Positions 19,828 through 28,751 of a stretch of DNA of 64,000 nucleotides are shown one piece after another. Within the stretch, counting starts at the first letter, position 1; each line of letters starts with the position of its first letter. The stretch is from Leptospiraceae bacterium. GTDB taxonomy: Bacteria; Spirochaetota; Leptospiria; Leptospirales; Leptonemataceae. The notes under the pieces were generated by a model that saw only the letters and a list, made by a program, of their open reading frames with translations, was not told where the DNA came from and ran no database searches. Both the position numbers and the translations under genes were made by a program. The stretch is taken from positions 64,001 through 128,000 of the forward strand of contig JAVJNR010000005.1 in assembly GCA_040217195.1 (NCBI GenBank). Reading direction: 5' to 3'.

Positions 19828-20380
19828 AGTATTCCTCACCCAGGATTTTCTGAGATAGTAGGTTCTGTTCCAGTCGCTTCAGTCGGCTGAATAGACTGGT
19901 GTCTATTTGAAGATCGTTACTGCGAACCACAATGCCGCCTATCAGGGAAGGCTTAACTCTGGGCTCCACTACAATCTCCATCTTAAAATAATCTTTCAAA
20001 GTATTGCGAATCTCTTCCACCACTGGTTCATCCAGTTTGGTGGCCGACTCAAGGATCACTGTTTTTCTTCCAAGCTTCTCATCTAGAAGTCTGGAATAGG
20101 CACCCACTACGTCCGGCAGATTGTGAAATCGTTCTTTGGCGCAAAGAGTGCCCAGAAAGTTGTACATCAGCTCCGATACATTGCCTTTCAGAGATTTCTG
20201 AATCAATTGCATCTTCTGCGATTCTTCCACCACAGGAGCGGCAAAGAACTTCCATACCATGGGCTCTTTATGCAGAGCTTTGTTCACATCCTGCAACTCC
20301 TGCTCGATATCGGCAGCTTTGTCAGCGGCCAGATCCAGAAGTGCTTCTGCGTACAGATTTCCTATCTTTTCGTCGCTCAT
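19817..20380 (-). CDS. atpH: ATP synthase F1 delta subunit
   Basis: YAEALL...[10 protein letters not shown]...IDTSL; operon position. Confidence 0.95.
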   Translation of the reverse strand: MSDEKIGNLYAEALLDLAADKAADIEQELQDVNKALHKEPMVWKFFAAPVVEESQKMQLIQKSLKGNVSELMYNFLGTLCAKERFHNLPDVVGAYSRLLDEKLGRKTVILESATKLDEPVVEEIRNTLKDYFKMEIVVEPRVKPSLIGGIVVRSNDLQIDTSLFSRLKRLEQNLLSQKILGEEYYEN

Positions 20381-20471
20381 TGCGATCCTTTCCCATGCGC
20401 GGCGCTTACGCCGTTGCGCGGATATTGAGGGCCGGCATATTGCCGGCTGCTTTACGGGCTAAAGGCCCGCC

Positions 20472-20999
20472 TTAATTCTGCAGACTCTTTACAGACTTGA
20501 TGGACTGCTCGATCAGTTCCTTGTGGTCCTTTTCTGACAGCGTCTTGCCCAGGATCTGAGAGGCTATCTGAACAGACAGACCGGTCACATCCTTATGGAG
20601 CTTATCCAGAGCTGCATCCATGGCCAGATCGATTTCTTTCCGGCTTCTTTCACGGATCTGCTCGGCTTCTTTTCGAGCGGTTTCCAGAATCTCATTTCGC
20701 AGTCCCTCCGCATCTTTGCGGGCTTCTCCGATGATCTCCTGGCCCTCTTCTTTGAGGCCGTTGAGCTTTTCCATGTAGTCTTCTAGCTTGGCCTCTGCAT
20801 CCTTTCGAACGCGCTCGGCTCGATCCAGGTCTTCATGGATCTTGTTGGAACGCTCATCCAGAGCAGTGGTAATCTTTTTCCAGGCAAATTTCTGCAGGAT
20901 AAAGAGGACCAGCAGAAATGTAACAGTGGTCCAGATGGCCAGACCGGGATTCACATCCAGTAGCGAAATGCCACCCTCAGCTGCTAAAAATTCTAACAT
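20472..20999 (-). CDS. atpF: ATP synthase Fo subunit b
   Basis: NPGLAIWT TM helix, FAWK, long coiled coil. Confidence 0.95.
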   Translation of the reverse strand: MLEFLAAEGGISLLDVNPGLAIWTTVTFLLVLFILQKFAWKKITTALDERSNKIHEDLDRAERVRKDAEAKLEDYMEKLNGLKEEGQEIIGEARKDAEGLRNEILETARKEAEQIRERSRKEIDLAMDAALDKLHKDVTGLSVQIASQILGKTLSEKDHKELIEQSIKSVKSLQN

Positions 21000-21027
21000 T
21001 CTGATCCTCCTTACCTACTAACGATCC

Positions 21028-21315
21028 TTACTGGTCCTGTTGTTCTACGACTGGCTTATCTGCTTGTGCGAACTCGGACAGGGTTGCTTTGTCCAAAACA
21101 CCACCCATCTGGAACGCAATTACGAGAGCAAATAGAGCCGCACCTTCAATCAGTGCCGCAGAAATAATCATGGCTACAGTGATAGAACCAGAAGACTCAG
21201 GCTGACGGCTAATTCCTTGCGCCGCGCTGTCGCCAATGCGTCCGATTCCAATTCCAGCCCCGATAATTACGAGACCAATTCCGAGCCCTACTCCGATAAA
21301 TGCTAAGCTGATCAT
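21028..21315 (-). CDS. atpE: ATP synthase Fo subunit c (H+-type signature)
   Basis: GAGIGIG, RQP loop, ion-binding Glu in ALIEGAA without the Na+-type Q...ES[T] motif; polar C-terminal tail. Confidence 0.95.
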   Translation of the reverse strand: MISLAFIGVGLGIGLVIIGAGIGIGRIGDSAAQGISRQPESSGSITVAMIISAALIEGAALFALVIAFQMGGVLDKATLSEFAQADKPVVEQQDQ

Positions 21316-21394
21316 TCTATCCTCCAGTTATCCTTATACTATCCTATACAAATTAATTGCTATCTACTAATCTCTTCTTCTACCTACCCGGTTC

Positions 21395-22492
21395 TCAGTG
21401 CCGGTGCATACTTAATCCAATGAAAATGGCAGAAAGCAGCGTAAAAATGAATGCCTGTAGCAGGGCCACAAGAAGCTCAAGAACATACAATGCAGTCATT
21501 CCAGACACAGAAACAATTGGCATCCACCAGGTTTGAAACTGAAATATAAACCCGGCAATCACAAGTAGCAGAACGTGTCCTGCTGTCATGTTCGCCAGCA
21601 GTCGAATGGTTAGTGCGAATCCTTTAGCCAGAGGTCCAACGATGAATTCGATGGGCCACAGCAGGGGATACAGCCACCAGGGAACGCCGGCCGGCACTGC
21701 ATGCCACAGGAATTTAAATCCCTGATAATGAAATCCAGCACCCCAGATAAGTAGAGTAGTAATTCCTGCCAGACTCATAGTTACGGCGATATCGCCAGTA
21801 ACTGTAATACCGGGCCAGAGCATCAATATACCAGGGTCCGTTTCTCCAACCGCTGGATGATTGCCCAGATGATGCGCTCCAGTAATGAGCTGCTTGGTCA
21901 TTAGAATCATTTCTCCAAAGGGAGGGAACAAACCCAGAACGTTGGAGAAAAGAATAAAGATAAATGCAGTGATAATGTAACCAATGTATCCCGGAGTGGG
22001 ATGATGCATGTTGGCTTCAGCAATGTCCTTTCGCAGGTATTGTACAAGCCCTTCCACAGCTCCAGCGAAGCGGCCCTGCACACGATAGGGATCGCTGGAT
22101 ATCTTGCGTGCTGCGGGAATAAAGATGGCAAGCATAAGTGCCACAACAACAAACATCATGGCAACTCTGCGAGTGATGTGAAGTTGCAGAATGCCTTCAT
22201 ATTTATAAAGGCGACCCGCTTCATCCTTGAACGTGTAGCGGCGAAAGGGGTCATTCGCAAAGGCCACAGGCTCCTCATCTTTGTAGACCTTTCTGCAGAA
22301 GGGGGCCCATTCTATGATTACTGAATCCATCAGGTGATGGACAAGGAGAGCCTGTAGGTCAAATCCATGCTCTTTTTGAGCTTCTTGCTCATGTCCTGCT
22401 TCCTCGGAAGCTACTGGCTCCACCTCTTCCGCATGGGCCGGTACGGCCAGGGTTGCAGCAAATAAGATTAGACTGATGATTCTTTTTGGCAT
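21395..22492 (-). CDS. atpB: ATP synthase Fo subunit a with N-terminal extension
   Basis: LTIRLLANMTAGH with the essential Arg, LQAFIFTLL; signal-peptide-like N-terminus (AHA-EE). Confidence 0.95.
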   Translation of the reverse strand: MPKRIISLILFAATLAVPAHAEEVEPVASEEAGHEQEAQKEHGFDLQALLVHHLMDSVIIEWAPFCRKVYKDEEPVAFANDPFRRYTFKDEAGRLYKYEGILQLHITRRVAMMFVVVALMLAIFIPAARKISSDPYRVQGRFAGAVEGLVQYLRKDIAEANMHHPTPGYIGYIITAFIFILFSNVLGLFPPFGEMILMTKQLITGAHHLGNHPAVGETDPGILMLWPGITVTGDIAVTMSLAGITTLLIWGAGFHYQGFKFLWHAVPAGVPWWLYPLLWPIEFIVGPLAKGFALTIRLLANMTAGHVLLLVIAGFIFQFQTWWMPIVSVSGMTALYVLELLVALLQAFIFTLLSAIFIGLSMHRH

Positions 22493-22724
22493 TCCTGTAT
22501 AACCAGTTCAAACATTTAGGCCGCCAGGGCCTCAAGCAGAGAACTCCGAAAATTTCCAGAGTCGCTCAGCGTTAGAAATGGTGGTGAAATCCATCCATTT
22601 CCGATCTTCGCATTACATTTTTCTGCCGGGCTGCAGCAGTAAGGCCGCCTGTAAAAGCGGAGCCTACTGGCATTCGAGAGAGGCAAGCCTTGCCGTCAAG
22701 TGAAAGCAGGCGAAGAGCCATTTC

Positions 22725-23117
22725 TCATTTCTGCCCGCGGCCATAAATTCCCACCCATAGGGCGCTGGCAACTTCAAAAATGAGGAATGTCCCGATGGCT
22801 AAGAGAAAAACCACCATAGCCCGGCCACGCAGATCCGGATCATCAAATGAAAAGTAAATCAGGGCCAGCACCACAATTCTAAGTAGAAATCCGGCTGGAA
22901 CTATGGACAAGCCAAGACGGGGGTATCGGCCTCTCAGGAAGAACCAGGCCCAGAGCAATGGAGGACCTGAAAGAAATATTAGCACAAACAGGTAGACTTT
23001 GAGTCCATGGGGAAAGGTCGGATCAGCCAGATGAGTAAACCACCAGGCGGGTAGAACAAACAATGCGATTAATATCGAAATCCAGTAGGTTGCTTTTCCG
23101 GGGGAAACTGAGTGCAT
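22725..23117 (-). CDS. AtpI-like membrane protein
   Basis: Four hydrophobic segments with 'GFLLRIVVL'; directly upstream of atpB. Confidence 0.55.
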   Translation of the reverse strand: MHSVSPGKATYWISILIALFVLPAWWFTHLADPTFPHGLKVYLFVLIFLSGPPLLWAWFFLRGRYPRLGLSIVPAGFLLRIVVLALIYFSFDDPDLRGRAMVVFLLAIGTFLIFEVASALWVGIYGRGQK

Positions 23118-23120
23118 ATC

Positions 23121-23495
23121 CTACGATTCCCCCGATGGACTTTTCTTAGATCGAATCTTCAAGGTATTTCGAAACCGCTCATCGAATTCCTTCATCCGTC
23201 TTTCCACAAGTTCCGGGCTCAGCTCCGGATCCACTTCCTGCTTTTTCTGCTCTATTTTCCGTTCCTTTTCCTGCTCTGATAATCGTTTGGTTTGTCGTAC
23301 CATGAACCACAGGCCTAAAAGAAACATAGCGATAAAGATAACAGGAAAAATCCAACTGGAATACTCGGGCCAGATGTAGGTCTGGGCCACAAAGCCGGCC
23401 ACACCTCCCAGAGCCAGAAATCCCAGAAATTCAAAGACCACAGCCAGGTAGCTTCCGAAGCTTGGAGGAAAGGAAAATAAGGGACGCCTGGACAT
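23121..23495 (-). CDS. AtpZ/ATPase gene 1-like membrane protein
   Basis: Two TM helices ('EFLGFLALGGVAGF', 'PVIFIAMFLLGL') and a charged tail; first gene of the atp cluster. Confidence 0.6.
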   Translation of the reverse strand: MSRRPLFSFPPSFGSYLAVVFEFLGFLALGGVAGFVAQTYIWPEYSSWIFPVIFIAMFLLGLWFMVRQTKRLSEQEKERKIEQKKQEVDPELSPELVERRMKEFDERFRNTLKIRSKKSPSGES

Positions 23496-23643
23496 GATGT
23501 ACTCCGCTGAATTGATCTATGGGCTGCATTCTTAAGAATCTCCCTGAATGCAAATGACATGTAAGCCGGTCTGTAGTTGCAGCGAGCTTACATTGAAAAA
23601 AAACCTGCAATTGGATCCATTGCTCGCCGATGGTTTTGAAGGA

Positions 23644-23916
23644 ATGCAACAAATTCGCTTCATTCGTACCTGCGAAGGCTCCTATGTAGCCTATGCCTCC
23701 GATGTAAATCTTGCCTGTAGAGCCCCTTCCCGGCGGGAAGCTTTCCAGACACTCAGAAAGTTTCTTGCTCTGGGTCGCCCGGCTCTCTCGGAAAAAGGGG
23801 AACGAAGACTGGGAAAATGTGTAGTATTTCGGCCGGAAGCAGGCGGTTACCATCCATCAATGGAGCAGGTTACCCAGACGGCTCCATCGAACGTCCATAC
23901 GTGGCACTCTGTATAG
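23644..23916 (+). CDS. Possible small HicB-like fold protein
   Basis: MQQIRFIRTCEGSYVAYASDVNLACRAPSRREAFQTLRK fills the lepB-atpZ gap and resembles the HicB beta-beta-beta-alpha start; its 3' end overlaps lepB on the other strand. Confidence 0.25.
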   Translation: MQQIRFIRTCEGSYVAYASDVNLACRAPSRREAFQTLRKFLALGRPALSEKGERRLGKCVVFRPEAGGYHPSMEQVTQTAPSNVHTWHSV

Positions 23917-24963
23917 AGCGGTACGCATCAGATACTGCCAAAGATTTTCATGGAGCATGTATTGATCCATGTTGCTGCAATATTCCACCTGATCTTCCAC
24001 CGGAAAGTTTTCCAGGCGGAATCCATCGACTCCAAACTCCGCGTTGTTACTTCCCATAGAGTAATCATAGCAGATCTGATCACGCCAGTCGATACTGAAA
24101 TATATGATTAAAGCTTTGCCCTGAATACTACCCCGGTCAATGGTTCCCACTTCATGAAACCTGGAGTCCTTGCTATCATCCCGATTATCTCCCATGACAA
24201 AGTATTTGTCTTCGCCCAGAACGCAGCCGGTAGTTTTGAATGTAGGACAGATTGAGCCATGATCCAGGGCAACCCCTCGGAAGCGCTCCACAATCAGATG
24301 TTTTTTACCTTCAATGGTTTCCTCAAAAACCACCGGCACATCGCTTTGATAACCTGGAACCACCTCTGGATGAAGTACAGATGAACTATCTGCATCCGTC
24401 AGAATGGCACGAGATTCCTCTGCACTCAGCTCCCGGTAGGTGAAGTGCTGCCACTCCCCTTCATCATTGGGCTTGTATTCAACGTAGGCCAGATCCGGCG
24501 CCTGATAGGCACTGTCCTGAAATTCCGTGGAACAGCTGTATTCCGGATTGTCAGATCGCTCCACTGGAAACTCTGGATCACAAACACCCAGGTAACGAAT
24601 TCTAATCCTGTCTCCGGGCAATCCGATGACACGTTTCACGTAATTCTTTTCCGTTTCTTCTCTCGGAATAAAAGTTATGATATCGCCGCGCTTGGGATCA
24701 TCAATGCGCATGATTTCAGTGCCGATATAGGGCAACCTCAGGGAATATCTCATCTTATTCACAAATAGATAATCCCCTACTTTCAGGGTAGGAATCATGG
24801 AGCCTGAAGGAATGTTATTCGCATCAAGCATGGACTGCTTGAATGCAAAAACTAGAATTAGTAAGATGCCAAAGGATACAATAACTGAAAAAGGATTTTC
24901 CTGGGATTCGTAGACTTCGTCACGGTCCCTTTCAGATGGATTGGACTGTTTTTTACGGGCCAC
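23857..24963 (-). CDS. lepB: Signal peptidase I
   Basis: IPSGSMIPTL (Ser), RGDII, YVKRVIGLPGD (Lys), MGDNRDDSKDSR; GTG 24963 is the likely start. Confidence 0.95.
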   Translation of the reverse strand: MARKKQSNPSERDRDEVYESQENPFSVIVSFGILLILVFAFKQSMLDANNIPSGSMIPTLKVGDYLFVNKMRYSLRLPYIGTEIMRIDDPKRGDIITFIPREETEKNYVKRVIGLPGDRIRIRYLGVCDPEFPVERSDNPEYSCSTEFQDSAYQAPDLAYVEYKPNDEGEWQHFTYRELSAEESRAILTDADSSSVLHPEVVPGYQSDVPVVFEETIEGKKHLIVERFRGVALDHGSICPTFKTTGCVLGEDKYFVMGDNRDDSKDSRFHEVGTIDRGSIQGKALIIYFSIDWRDQICYDYSMGSNNAEFGVDGFRLENFPVEDQVEYCSNMDQYMLHENLWQYLMRTALYRVPRMDVRWSRLGNLLH

Positions 24964-25082
24964 ACCCCAGAGTTCAGAGCTACCAACCACAGATCAACGA
25001 AATATTGCTTCTATAATAAGGTCCTGCGCAACGAGTATTAGCTTTCGGTAGAAAAGCTTCCAGGACAATGGGCGGAAGGATC

Positions 25083-27677
25083 TCAATCCTCGATGAAAGT
25101 AGCCGCAGGAAAAATGACTCTGTACTTGCCGGGAATGAGAGGCACCAGATTATTCGATTCCAGATAATCTTCCGGATCATCGAAGGCTTCCAGAACTGGA
25201 ATGCCTCGATCATGAAAAACCCGCATCAACTCCTTGCGATACATCCAATCCTCCTGACTGGCAGGATTCCAGATTACCAGATCCAGTTTTCCTCTGAACC
25301 TGCGATCCATGTCCCAGAGCCGTAGAGATTGCCCCTTGCAAACGAATTCTCTTAAATAGATCTGACCGGATCCTCGAACCTCTTCTGGAAGCAACAGCCT
25401 GCCCCGGAGCTCAGGATTTAGGAACTGCTGCAGCTTCAAACTGGAAGTGCCTGCATCATAACATTCATCCGATAACCGGGCGCCGCTGGCATTTAAACTA
25501 TAATCCCTGGCCTTCTCCTTTCTGGAAGCGGAAAGCCAGCCAAAATAGGTCACAGAAGCACCTGTAAAAATATTGGAATAGTCCAGATCAAGGGAAGGGT
25601 CATACAGCACAGCCAGAGAGCCCCTGGCATGATTCACAAATTCACCAAAGAATTCCCTGGCCCGGCTGCAGGAGCCACCGGATTCAAAATCGCAGTCTTT
25701 TTCTATGTTATCTTCATTTCCCAGGGTCTGGACCTTGAATTTCCAGTTACCACCGGATGCTTCGAAAAGAACAAAGTGCCCGGACCTGGATTCCGGATTC
25801 CGGGCAAAAAACAGAATGTTTCTTCCATCCCTGGCCGACGGCAAATGCATTCGATGCAGTTCGTAGGCTTCTTCTCGAATAAAGGGCGATGGGTCCGGCG
25901 AAGGGGCCCAGTCAAATCGGTTCTGAAATCTGGACTCTCGAATACTGGTTCGAAGACCTCTTAATCCACCCGGGTTGTTACCCGGTCTGAACTCAAATCT
26001 CTGACTGGCTGAAAGCCTGGAAAGAATGAGCAGAGCTGAATTGGAATCCTGAAGTCGATGCAGATCTCGCATGAAGGCATCCATCAGAAAATGTCGATCC
26101 ACCATTTCTGGTAGCCACAGTAAGAAGAACCGGTCAGCAGGATCAAATCTTCGGGCAGCCACATAGGAACTGAGGGAAAGTATTTCGTTTTTCCTGACTG
26201 TGCGACTCATTCGCCGCTGCAAGAAATACATACCAGCCTGTCTGGAAAAATCCGGAGTCAGTGTTCGATTCTCCCCTGTAAGAATGCCACGTGCTTTGAT
26301 AAAATTGATCATCGCATTGTAGTTCTTCTGTAGAAAGAACAGTGCCCATCCATCCAGTACGGTAGCCTGATACTCAATGACTTCCAGTCCACGTGCCTGG
26401 GATAGATAGGTTACATCCTCGGCGATTTTGTGAGCTAGCTCTGGATTCGTGGAAATAACCATTTGAGCAATTCTAAGTCTGGCCACCAGGGTTTCGGCCC
26501 GCTTGCTATCAGGATCCTTTTTGCTGAAGTCATGCAGAAGCTGTCCGGCGCGCTTCTTATCTCCTTGAAGAAATACCAGAGCGGCCAGACGAATTCGCAT
26601 CACATCACCGTTGCGCGGCAGACCCACCCAGACATCCCGGCCCTTTTGCGATCCAAGTTGATCCGGCTTTTCTTTTAGTATAAGGTTACTCGCTGCCTCA
26701 TATTCACCTGCAAGGATGAGCCAGTCCAGATGCTTCAACGTAGTGATCAGATTCTCTTTCTTTTGAATCTGATCATCGTAGCGCAGCGCAGATTTATAAT
26801 CTCCGGCCATGGTCAGATACCTGGGCACCGATTCTTTCAATCTGGTATTACTTGAATCGTTTCTGGCCATGCCCGCAGAAAGTATTCCAGCCTCAAGAGG
26901 AAGGCCCAGACGTACCAATAGTTCCGGAAGTGGTCTGGCCAGAAGGGAAAAGAAAGGAATGAACCTCTTTTGAAACAGAAACAGATCCAGTCGGGATTGA
27001 AGCTCAAAATAATCGGAGATTCCAATATCCTTCTTTGCAATTCTACTTTCCATGAGCTGGCCTGTTTCAATCACAAAGCATGCTTCGATGGCCAGACTTT
27101 CGCAGTTCGGTGCCAGGTCATGGTAGCCTGTGCCGCTCACTGTAAACCTGAGTAGCCTGGCATGATAGGCCAGCAACTCAACAGCCTTTTTATCTGTGTC
27201 GGAATGGGCCTGGTTTTGAAGTCTTCCGTACCCCTTTTCCAGCTCCGCCCTACCCGGGGCTGCATCCAACTCCACATGAGCCCGATAGATAAGAGTTAAG
27301 CTTTGCCTTTCAATAGAAGAGAATCCGTTGAACTCACTTAGAATCGACTTAACCTGGCTGCGTAGATCAGGATCCTGCCGGGCCCGATCTATATAACCCT
27401 GCATTACCACTAACCTGGACTGGCTACTCAGAGGTCGTAGGTTGGACTCGGAAGGCTTTTCCATCTCAACGGTGCCTTCCGTGACATAGAGCGGAGTGGC
27501 CCAGGCACCTTCAAAGCTGCACAGCCCGACCAGCAAGATGAGAGCTCCTAATCGGCCATGCGAGTTTTTTGCCCTTGAGCCGGGTCTAAAAGACCGGGCA
27601 CCGGGCAGCAGATATTTCAAAAAAATATAGAATGTAGTATGAAACCGGTTTACATCCATTCGCTGCGATCCTACCAA
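25083..27677 (-). CDS. Large exported hypothetical protein with helical (TPR-like) middle
   Basis: 864-aa ORF; hydrophobic stretch ending AWA suggests a signal peptide, so the true start is probably downstream of 27677. Confidence 0.7.
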   Translation of the reverse strand: MVGSQRMDVNRFHTTFYIFLKYLLPGARSFRPGSRAKNSHGRLGALILLVGLCSFEGAWATPLYVTEGTVEMEKPSESNLRPLSSQSRLVVMQGYIDRARQDPDLRSQVKSILSEFNGFSSIERQSLTLIYRAHVELDAAPGRAELEKGYGRLQNQAHSDTDKKAVELLAYHARLLRFTVSGTGYHDLAPNCESLAIEACFVIETGQLMESRIAKKDIGISDYFELQSRLDLFLFQKRFIPFFSLLARPLPELLVRLGLPLEAGILSAGMARNDSSNTRLKESVPRYLTMAGDYKSALRYDDQIQKKENLITTLKHLDWLILAGEYEAASNLILKEKPDQLGSQKGRDVWVGLPRNGDVMRIRLAALVFLQGDKKRAGQLLHDFSKKDPDSKRAETLVARLRIAQMVISTNPELAHKIAEDVTYLSQARGLEVIEYQATVLDGWALFFLQKNYNAMINFIKARGILTGENRTLTPDFSRQAGMYFLQRRMSRTVRKNEILSLSSYVAARRFDPADRFFLLWLPEMVDRHFLMDAFMRDLHRLQDSNSALLILSRLSASQRFEFRPGNNPGGLRGLRTSIRESRFQNRFDWAPSPDPSPFIREEAYELHRMHLPSARDGRNILFFARNPESRSGHFVLFEASGGNWKFKVQTLGNEDNIEKDCDFESGGSCSRAREFFGEFVNHARGSLAVLYDPSLDLDYSNIFTGASVTYFGWLSASRKEKARDYSLNASGARLSDECYDAGTSSLKLQQFLNPELRGRLLLPEEVRGSGQIYLREFVCKGQSLRLWDMDRRFRGKLDLVIWNPASQEDWMYRKELMRVFHDRGIPVLEAFDDPEDYLESNNLVPLIPGKYRVIFPAATFIED

Positions 27678-28441
27678 TGATGCTACATAATAGGAATTTA
27701 GAAGCTATGATTTCGTACAGCCATTTTCTCTCAATGATCACTTCAATCGCCCTTTTTATCTGTGCCGGTAGTATACTGCAGGCTCAGACTCCCGATGCAG
27801 GAAGGTCCGATCCGGTAAGGGAATTTGAAGGCTCAGATTACCTGGACCGACAAATTGCATCCAGGAAAATTGGCAAGCTCCGACATCTGGTTGAAAGGGA
27901 CCTGGTCAGACTGGGACGGCTGGTGGAGAATTTTGGCGGGGATGTGGCTGGCGCCGATGCAAAGTACAAAGAGACCGCAGAAGTCTTCCGCAAGGCTATC
28001 GATTCCTATTATAGTGGTGAGTTGCTCCAGTCCTATCATTTACTCAGGGATGCACGGAAAAGGGCCTTCGAGATCTATAAATCCTTTAACGATTCCTACA
28101 ATCAGAAGGTAAGCGAAATACTCTCAAAAACTACAACCGCGCTGGTGGACCAGGAAATCCGAGAGGCTGGCCTGGCAAAGAGCCGAAGGGTTCAGGAGAC
28201 CAGACACAGAATTGTGGTGGCCCGTAGACAACTGGCGATGGCCAGACGGTCCATCGACTCAGAAAGGCCAGATGCTGCCATCGATCATTACAGGAACGCT
28301 ACTATCCTGGCTGTGATTGCACTTGCAGAGATTCAGACAGAGAAGCAAAAGGCAGATGAAATCTATAGCACCTATAAAAAGGAGCTGAAAGATGCAGGCT
28401 ATGACCCCTATCCCCTGGACCCGGATAAGGGTGTGGACTGA
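27677..28441 (+). CDS. Exported all-alpha hypothetical protein
   Basis: Signal-peptide-like 'ITSIALFICAGSILQA'; amphipathic helices; start probably ATG 27708 or 27735. Confidence 0.75.
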   Translation: MMLHNRNLEAMISYSHFLSMITSIALFICAGSILQAQTPDAGRSDPVREFEGSDYLDRQIASRKIGKLRHLVERDLVRLGRLVENFGGDVAGADAKYKETAEVFRKAIDSYYSGELLQSYHLLRDARKRAFEIYKSFNDSYNQKVSEILSKTTTALVDQEIREAGLAKSRRVQETRHRIVVARRQLAMARRSIDSERPDAAIDHYRNATILAVIALAEIQTEKQKADEIYSTYKKELKDAGYDPYPLDPDKGVD

Positions 28442-28686
28442 GCCAGAAAGGCACACCAGGAAATTGAATTCCTGGACAACCAGGCGGAATTCTAGATCGG
28501 CCAGAGAAGCTCGGTGCTGAAAGCTGATTTCGGGCCGTAAAAAGCCCCTCTAGCTCAAGCGGATCTCTGGCAGCAATGCTGCAAGGGTCCAGGGAAACTG
28601 GCTTCAATGCAGCCGTCTTTACCAGGAAAAGGGGCTTTCCTTTTGTCTGACAGGACAGATCAGCACTCAATTCTGTCAGGTTATCG

Positions 28687-28713
28687 TTAAGGTATTTTAC
28701 CTGGAGCCGATGT
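28687..28713 (+). promoter_or_regulatory. Sigma28 (FliA)-type promoter TTAA-N15-GCCGATGT
   Basis: Close to the TAAA-N15-GCCGATAA consensus with exact spacing, 38 nt before ATG 28752. Confidence 0.6.
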
Positions 28714-28751
28714 AATCCATGGGTACGTCCCTCTGGGCGTGGATGGATTCC

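Noticed and set aside
21028..21315. Na+-translocating ATP synthase
   Set aside because: Subunit c has IEGAA and lacks the Q...E-S/T Na+ ligands.
28541..28640. SRP RNA or tRNA identity for the structured intergenic element
   Set aside because: Lacks the SRP CAGG-GGAA-AGCA helix-8 layout and the tRNA TTC loop and CCA end.
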